Shown piece after piece: positions 51,801 to 60,800 of a DNA stretch of 64,000 bases. Both the position numbers and the translations under genes were made by a program. The notes below the pieces were generated by a model, which was not told where the DNA came from, searched no databases, and saw only the letters and a program-made list of their open reading frames with translations. Positions within the stretch are counted from its first letter, which is position 1. The number at the start of each line of letters is the position of its first letter. Location: the NCBI GenBank assembly GCA_035084275.1, contig CM068764.1, positions 6,448,001 to 6,512,000 of the forward strand. Reading direction: 5' to 3'. This DNA is from Hydrolagus colliei. Lineage: Eukaryota.

Positions 51801-54800
51801 CTCAAATGGAAGAAATTTGATTCTTACAATATGCACTCGCAGCAACCTCCTGCTACTGGATAGATGCCACAGGACTTAATATAGGCATATGAAATCATTT
51901 ACATCTAATAAACATTCTGGATCTTTCTGCCTGCTTTTATTTTGTATTTCTCAGAAAACTCATTGAATCAAAGCAAAACCAGTGTGACATTTATCCCTGA
52001 TGTGTAAAATTAAACTCATAATGTTTTGTTGTTGTTGAGCTTAGTTTCAATGACTAAAGCAAACATATTTTTGTGATTTTGGAAAAGGGATAGTAGATAC
52101 CTCCCACACTAAAAATTGATGATTTACAGGATACAAAATTCTAATTGCTTTAATGTAACTATAAAAATTTTGGTCATTTTATCCCACAGATTGGAGAGCT
52201 GACATCAGAGTTAACAGACGAAAGGAACACAGGGGAATCAGCATCCCAGCTGTTAGAAACCGAAGCAGCAGAAAGACTTCGGTTGGAGAAAGAAATGAAA
52301 GAGTTGCAGGTGGGAAGAATGCTTTAATTGTGAAATTCTGTCCCATATTTTACAGTGTTGTAGTATTAGACATCTATTGCAGAATTCATAGGAGTTTTAG
52401 TCTGGAATTCCATTAGACACAAGGAAATTTCCTTGTGTGGGTGGCAAAAATATGTAAAACTCTGTCTGGTTTTGATAATTCTTAAGTGTGTCAGACAGAG
52501 CTGACCAAATAATATATACTTTTTTTTAATTGTAAAAATTAACTTAAATTAATTTCAAGTACTATTTATGTGACGTTATCTGGAATCATCAGTGGACGTT
52601 GATCATTAATTGTATTTGGGGAATTTATGTTTCAGACTAAATATGACACAGCGAAGAAGGAGATGAGTTCTATGGAAATGGAAGTAATGGAAGCTCGACT
52701 TATCAGAGCTGCGGAGCTGAATGGAGAATTGGACGATGATGATGACTCAAGTTAGTTCCTTACTTGCTTAGCAATAATTTCATTTGAGTTTTTTCGACTT
52801 AAAAAATGGCAGCTCTGGATATTTTATTTAAGAAAAGGCCTATTTTCTCACAGTTTTTTCTTCTCCCAAGAGTATTCACTTTTCTTATCCTACGCGCAAG
52901 GAAACTTTTTTTTCCTACCTGGGAGATCACCTTGCTGTGGACTTCTCCTTAGAATTCAATGCCGTTATTGGATAGCTAATCCAATGAGAAGATGGTAGCA
53001 CAGATTGTGCCTGCCAATTACTGAGTCTCCAACTTTCATAACAAGAGCCAGCAAAACATACCCTTGAAGGATTCCCTGAATGCCAATCAAAACTTAAACT
53101 GAAATCCTTGGTCTCCAAAACTGTGCAATACCGTGCTATTAGAATGTTAAAATTAGTGATTTGGTTTATGGGCACAGCGGAGTATTATTTTTGAAGTGAA
53201 AATCCTTCACAACTTGTATCTACAGTGAGCTTGAATGACAACAGTTAAATGTTAAGCAGCTTCTATTTATTTCTACAGGTGGAGAATGGCGAATGAAATA
53301 CGAGCGTGCAATGCGAGAGATTGACTTTACCAAAAAGCGAATGCATCAAGAATTTGAGGATAAATTGGAAGTTGAAGTGCAAACCAAAAGGCAATTGGAA
53401 CGAAAAGTAAGTCTGCTCTGAGGGTTGGAGGGCAGAACCACACTAGTGAATCATTTTATCTGTCGTGTCAGATTATCATTGAAGATTAAAATTCAAAGTA
53501 ATACTGCATGTGCTGGCCTGCTAAATTGCCTGACCACGTAAATCAGAGACACTGGAATTTAGAGCAAATACAAGTAGCCAGTCAGGCCACCACTGGAAAG
53601 GCCTGGGTACATTTCACGTCTCATTGCATTCTCAAATTAAAAAATCATGGGAGGGAGTACGTCATTTAAAGAAAAAAGACGAGAAAAATGGAGGGTAAAA
53701 GTTCATTATTTCTCTTCAACATTCACAGTTATGTCATTCTGAAACGCTGATGACCTTTACATTTTGAATAGCGCAGGCTTTGGTTGAAATGTCAAAGTAC
53801 TCCAGCATTCTTCATATGGAAATGCAGTAATTACTGGGTGTGATTTTGAAATATCTTTATGAAGATATTAACATTGTTCGCAAATTGCCTGCCGAGTACA
53901 GAAATTTTGAAATAAGTGACAATGTTCAGCGCGCAGAATCATAAGGAAGAAGCAGAGTTATTGACTATTGGTTTCATGCATAAAGTATCAATGTCAGCTG
54001 GGTTGTCTGGTGGTGAATCAAAAGGAGTGGAGCTGTACACACAACCAAAGACTCTACCCTCCTGCTGGGTAAATTAGGAGAAGCATGGCAACATCCTAAA
54101 TGAGGTTAATAATAATAAGGTTAAATTTGGAAGAACTATTAGACACTCCAAAAGCTTATTTTCCTAGCACGTGCATTTAGAACACTGATTTGTGTTATAT
54201 TGTGTTGGATGTATTCAATACACTCGTACCTGTTACTTGTACCTTGTAAGCAACAACAATTATACTTGCATAGCGCCTTTCATGTCAAGAGGACAACCCA
54301 AGCTGCTGGACAGTCAGGGAATCTGCACCCGAGTTGGTGGTTGGGATCAGGAGGTGGGTAGGGTAGGAGGGTGGCCAAAGACGCGGTTGAAATCACAGAC
54401 TGTTGCAACCACCCTGGAACGGTTCGGTTCACAAGGCCTTACTCAGAGGCCACCCTTATATAGAGGCCACTTTAGTCCAATCCACTGAGTACATGTGGAA
54501 GACAAGATTAACTGTATTTTAATCTAATAATATTGCTAGGAACTGGTATGCAATTTAACATAATAAAGACATGTCAGTGAGCCATAGAGTATCTGTGTGC
54601 ATAGAGTGAGTTCATCTGCTATCAGAAAGTATTCTTTTTTGAAAAGAAAAATATAGATTATGGTTTTTGTTAAAAACAATGAAAGCTTCCATTTGCAATC
54701 ACTGCTTTCTAAATAATTTATATTTTCATTATATTTTCATGAGTACTCTTTCACCAAATTATTGAATGGTTCAGAAGATTAACTCTATTCCTCAGAGAAA

Positions 54801-57800
54801 CGGGAATGCATACAGTTTGCATAGCAAATGCAGCAATTAACATTTTAAGGGTCAGTAATGCTGTTTTATATTGTGGTTCCACAAGCTCAAAATGTGACAG
54901 CGATTGAAGGTGCTACTTAATTTCAAGCCTCTGGCATTTTTGCATTGTCTCCACTTCCAGAAGGAGTTGATGCAAAAAATGAATGAGTTAACATCGGATG
55001 TCATCCTCCCAAGTAGCACATTGTATTCTGATGGTGTCGGACACGTGTGCAAAGCAATTAATAAGTTATTTTTATAACTGCTGTTGAAATAACAGAAACA
55101 TCAGCAGCCAGGGATACGCAGTTTAAACCACTTGACAATGTAGAGTTGGTACAGTATTGCATATTAATTTGGGGAACTCGCTAATCTCTATTGTTGACAG
55201 TACCTCCAATCTAAAATTGTTATTTACCAATGAGGCCAGTTTCATTCATTGATGATGTTTATTTTCCAAGGTAAAACACATGCTGTTATTGCAACAGCTT
55301 ACAAGCCCACATAACTTTCAAAAAAGGGCCTAAAAAAAGGCCGGTTTTGCAACATATTGGCTTTGGAACGCATATTCTAAACGCAGCCACTTTAAAACTG
55401 GAGACTTTCGGCTTACTCTTCTACCTCCAGTTCACAGATTTGCAAGCTGATGCTGAGGAATCACAGCGGAGTATCCAACAATTAAAAAAGAAATGCCAGC
55501 GGCTAACATCAGAATTGCAAGATACCAAGTTACAGCTGGAAGGACAACAAGGGCGCAACCATGATTTGGAAAAGAAACAGCGAAAGTGAGTTCAATTCAT
55601 TCATTCAGCCTAAAAAAAATTATAGGAACAGAGATGTAAACGAGAAACAATTAGCTAGTTTTTGATCTGTGACTAACTGAATTCCAAGCCTAAATAATAC
55701 CTGAACAAAATGTGTTTGAATCATTAAGGGGCATGATATAAGGGTATTGTATTTATGTTGTGTGCATTGTGAAATGACTGCTTGCTCCATGATAATACAA
55801 GTACATGTTGCAAATTCTATCCTCTACAAATATATTATTCCTTTATGTGAAACAATGTGGTGGCCTTTCTGATCACTTTGTTACTGGAACCGTATTCAAG
55901 TTTTTTGCTTGTACTGTGTCTATTTGCTGCAAATTTGTTTTTCAACTTTGAAGAAAAAACATTTTGCTGAACAGTGTGTCAGTTAGCACAGTAAATTGAA
56001 TTTGTTATAAATGAGAAGAGAAAATAGCTCCTGTTCAACCAAGTGCGTTTTTCTACCTGAGGCAACTTCAAGAAAAATATAGTGGATTCTAATTAGTCTG
56101 AACTGTAGTACTATATTATCCATTCCATCATGTTCTACTCTGCCATGACCCTCCCATAAAGATGTAATCACTTGCCATCAGAAAACTTGACACTCACCCA
56201 CATTTCCCATCAAATTAATTCTTACGATATCATCAAAGCAAAAACAAATAAAGTGTTTGTATTTCTACTAAAATGCTTGACTTAAAAGATTCTTCACAGG
56301 GAAATGAATTGCCATATAGACAATGATAAATAAGTCTAGGAGATATTCATCCATGAGGAAAATTTAATTATTAATTAAATTCACATACCTGGAACAGTAA
56401 GAAACATTTCAATATTCATAAAAGATTGATGTATGTGCACATACTATTGATTTGATTTCCTGTTTGTTTAACAATAAAAAAAAATAGCCTTTTTGTGGAA
56501 CAAATCTTAGTTGAACTGATTAAACATACCATTACAAAAGGAACGTACTGATTCAGTGATCATCATTGAATGTCTTTCTGTTGTCTTTATTTATTCACTT
56601 ATATGTCTGAAGGTAAGCTTGACACCACCAAAAGTGTGCATGTGAGGGCGTATGTACGTACCCTGAATATTCATAGTATTTCAGCCAAAATAATAATTAT
56701 CCTTTTTTAAAGAGTTAAAATACAATGGAACTCATGGAAATCATAAAAGAAAATTGATTTTTGGGTGGTTTTGTCTACACATATTATATGTACGGTGTCA
56801 CAATAAACTCCTTTGTGTCACAAAGCAAATTTAATGTATCAAAGGGAGCTTCTGTTGTCAATTTAGTTCCATTTTCAACTTCACTTCTAGGTTTGACAGT
56901 GAGTTGTCTCAGGCACACGAGGAAGTACAAAGAGAGAAGACCCAAAAAGAGAAACTAAGCAGAGAGAAAGACGCGTTAATAGCAGATCTGTTCAGCCAGA
57001 AACAGCAACTGGATGTATGTACCAACGTTATATTGATTATAACTTTTACAGAATAGTTCAATGTTAAAGAATCATTTTCCATACGCATCGTTGGTTTTGA
57101 GGTGTAAAATAACTTTAAACTTTACCATTTTACAAAGAGAAGATTTCATTTCAAGCAGACAAACTTGTGATTGTGTTTGAGTCTCAGTATTCTCTCACTG
57201 AGTTAAAATATTAATGTCTGCATGAGCTTTTAACAAGTTACCTCTTAGGAAGATTATTTTCAAGAAGAGTTCAGCTTCCTATTCCCTTTCTTGCCCTTCT
57301 CTGGCAGACAGAGCAATTGAACATGCATTAAATAGCTGATTTATAAAGTAACTGACTGGAGGATCGAGTTAAATACTATATTTTAGGTTTCATGGTGAGT
57401 TAATGTTAGTTCTTTGCATCTTGTCACTGTGGTTCATGATGTCATAGAAGTACATTAGGTAGAACTAAAGGAATTGACAGCACAGAAGGTGACCATTTGT
57501 CCCATTGTCTGCACTGGCTCTTTGAAAGAGCAACTCATTAAGTCCCACTTACCGGCCTTTCTCTAAACCCCTGTAAATGTAACCATGAACCAAAAAAGAC
57601 ATATTACCTCTTTGTCAGTTTCGGTTTGTTCCCATGTAATCTATAAATTGATGCCAACTGGCTGTATTTCATAGCTGATTTTGTTGTGCACCATTAGGAC
57701 AAAGACTGTGAAATCATTTCTGCAAATCAAAAGTTAGAACGCCTAGAAGCCGAACTGCAGGATTTATCCTCTCAAGAATCTAAGGATGAGGCCTCACTTG

Positions 57801-60800
57801 CCAAGGTGAAGAAGCAGGTTCGCGAGCTAGAGGCCAAAGCAAAGGATCAGGAAGAGGAGCTTGATGAGCAGGCCGGGACAATCCAGATGCTGGAACAGGT
57901 ACCAACATTTGGTTTCAATTCAATTTCAATTCAGAACGAATCGAAAAACATCTTTGTATTGCGCAATTTTAATAATGCTAATTACTATTTTAGGTCAAAT
58001 AAATATTTACGCTTTGAATGAGCTGTTTCATGAAACCATGGGCGGTTTAGCCCATGATATTTCTAATTCACGTGACCTATATCATATAGACCTGTAGCCT
58101 TTGTAAAGTGGTAGCCAAAAGCTAACATGCTGCGTGGGGAAATAGGAGCAAACCAGCTATGTTGTTTTACAGATACAGGTATCCCTCCCCAACCGCGGGG
58201 GATATGTTCCTGTAAACCTTTCCAGTTGGAAAAATCAGGGTTGGAAAATGCAGGGCCCTATGGGAAACACGGGGTTAGGGGGAGTACGTTCGCTTTTTCG
58301 CGGTTGGGAAATGCAGGGCTCTATGCGAAGCACGGGGATACGGGGAATAAATTCATGTTTAGTAAAACTAAACGCAAAAAAACACATACAGTCATAACAT
58401 AGATGGGGATAGGGAGAGTAGGTTTGGGCGCATCTGCAGCAATCCGCGAGGCTGTCTGACTGACTGACTCTCTACACAGAGAGAGAGTTACGGAGGGTGG
58501 GGGCTGGGGTAGGATGACACTGAGGGCTGGGTGGGCTGCCTGATTGACTGATACAGACAGACACACAGGGAGGGGGGGTGGGGGGAAGAGAAGGTGAGAG
58601 AGAAGTGGGGGTGGGAGAGGGGTGGGGGTGGGAGAAGAGAAGGTGAGTCAGAGAGAGAAGGTGAGAGATAAGGGGAGGTGGGGTGGGAGAAGAGAAGGTG
58701 AGAGATAAGGGGAGGTGGGGTGGGGGAAGAGAAGGTGAAATAGAGAGAAGGTGCGAGGAAGAAGGGGGGGAAGGCGAGGGGGCGGTGGGGGGAAGGGAAG
58801 GTGGAATAGAGAGATGAGTCAGAGAGGGATACACTTACACACAAGATCTGCAGATGCTGGCAGCCAATGCTCCCAAACTTATTACCTAGGCTGCGGAGAA
58901 GCGGCAATAAATTGTTGTTACTGTATTTACCTTAATCCTAAAAAAGAAGCGTTGTTGCTGGTTAATTGCAACATAGCAACTGGATCCTAGTGCTATACGC
59001 TATGCTTAACTTGAAAATTTAAACCTGCGGATTTAAATCGCTGATGCGCAAAATGCAGTTTGCGAGGGTTGTCGCATTTAGCAAACCGTGGATGCATGAG
59101 TTCCGTGGTTGGCGAGGCCACAGTTGGGGCGGGATACCAGTATTGGTATCTTGTTTTCAAAAGACATCAGGCTGAGGCCTAGGAACATTTGTATTTGTTA
59201 GCTATTTTATGTATAAGGGGATTTCATCAATCCTATCTTATATTTGTAACACTTGTTTTAAAGATTAAACTTATGTTAGTAATCAATATGATATGTGGTA
59301 TATGCAGTCATTCCACTCGTAGCCTGTCTAGTAGAGTATTTAAAAAATAATTTAGCTTAAAACAGAGGTTGCTAACTATGGGAACTTTATATCAATGCTA
59401 AGTTGTCCCTTTTCAGTTTATTCAGATAATTTATTTATAACTTTATTTTCGTCTTCTCTCCCACCCAAGTATTGTCAGTGATATAATCATGCTTATAGAT
59501 GTTTTAGCATTTATATTCTTTAAGATGCAGACTGCAGGTTTCACAAGCAAACTGTTCTGTCCAAATTCAGGCCAAACTTCGTTTAGAAATGGAAATGGAG
59601 AGATATAGACATACTCAATCAAAAGAAATAGAGAACAAAGATGAGGAAGTAGAGGAAATTCGACAGTCTTGTCAGAAGAAGGTAAGTTATGTAATTTTAA
59701 TGAATTGGAAATCATTCTTTTTATTGAAGGGAAAGTGTAGAAACAATTTTTAGTATCTGCCTGTTGCATGCTTATGTGTCAGGCTGAAATCACACACTCT
59801 CTGTATCCATTCAAAAATAATTCTGCTGAGTTATAAATAAAAAATAAAGGAAGAATGTGGAACAAGTTAACTTTTCTAATGAAGGTGCTTATGAAATTGG
59901 TGATCCCATCTCATACAATAGTTTCCTTCCTCCACATGCCTAATAATAATAATAATCCATCCAAAAAAAATTAATTGGTAATTTTAATGCATGACTGTTT
60001 GTGAGACACTGCTGTGCGCAATTGACTGCTGCGTTTTGCCCACAAATATATAGTCAATTTACAGTATATTCTGTGAAGCGTTTTGAGACATCTAGATGAC
60101 CTGAAAAGCGCTATAACAAATGCAAGGATTCTTATTATTAATATAATAACAACAAAATTACATTTGTATAGCAAGCCTTCTTGCAACACTATTCTGGTTT
60201 GTGGCCACTCAGATCAACTGCTTTGCCATTCCTTTTATTGGATTAATTTTTCAGTGCAACACTGTTTCTCTTGCTTTCTGTTTTATTTTATAAAAACATA
60301 TGCCATTAAATTAATGATTGAAACAGAAAGCTAGGGAAGAGGTGGTAGAAATCGAGGGTAAAAAATGTCTCACAATTCTGCCGATTAGATAGCTTTTCTT
60401 AGGAAATAATAATAGTATAATACTGCAATATGTGAATGTTTTTGCCTTTAAAACCTGACCATCAACAATTGGCCTAAGTATGTCTTGTTATTGTATGGAT
60501 TAATACATCCACTATGTATCTATAGTATCTGTTATCTATAAAACAATTGTTTGTTTTAAATATTATTGAATAAGTACAGTAAGTAGAAACAGTGACAATG
60601 CAACACAGTATTCAAGTGATGTGTAAAGCAGATTCCTGGAGTTATGGTTTATTGCTGGCTACCTAGAGTTAGGCATTAGGGCTCTACCCAAATCATAAAA
60701 TAGTTTTTGACCAATAAAAATAGCTTGTGCTTTCCCTGAATATGTGTCTTAAATTTTCAGTTTAAAAGTTCACTTGGCACCAACTGCAGATCACCTTACT

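Noticed and set aside
58472-58990. Pro/Ser-rich and Gly/Arg-rich ORFs
   Set aside because: Translations of the minisatellite inside a MITE
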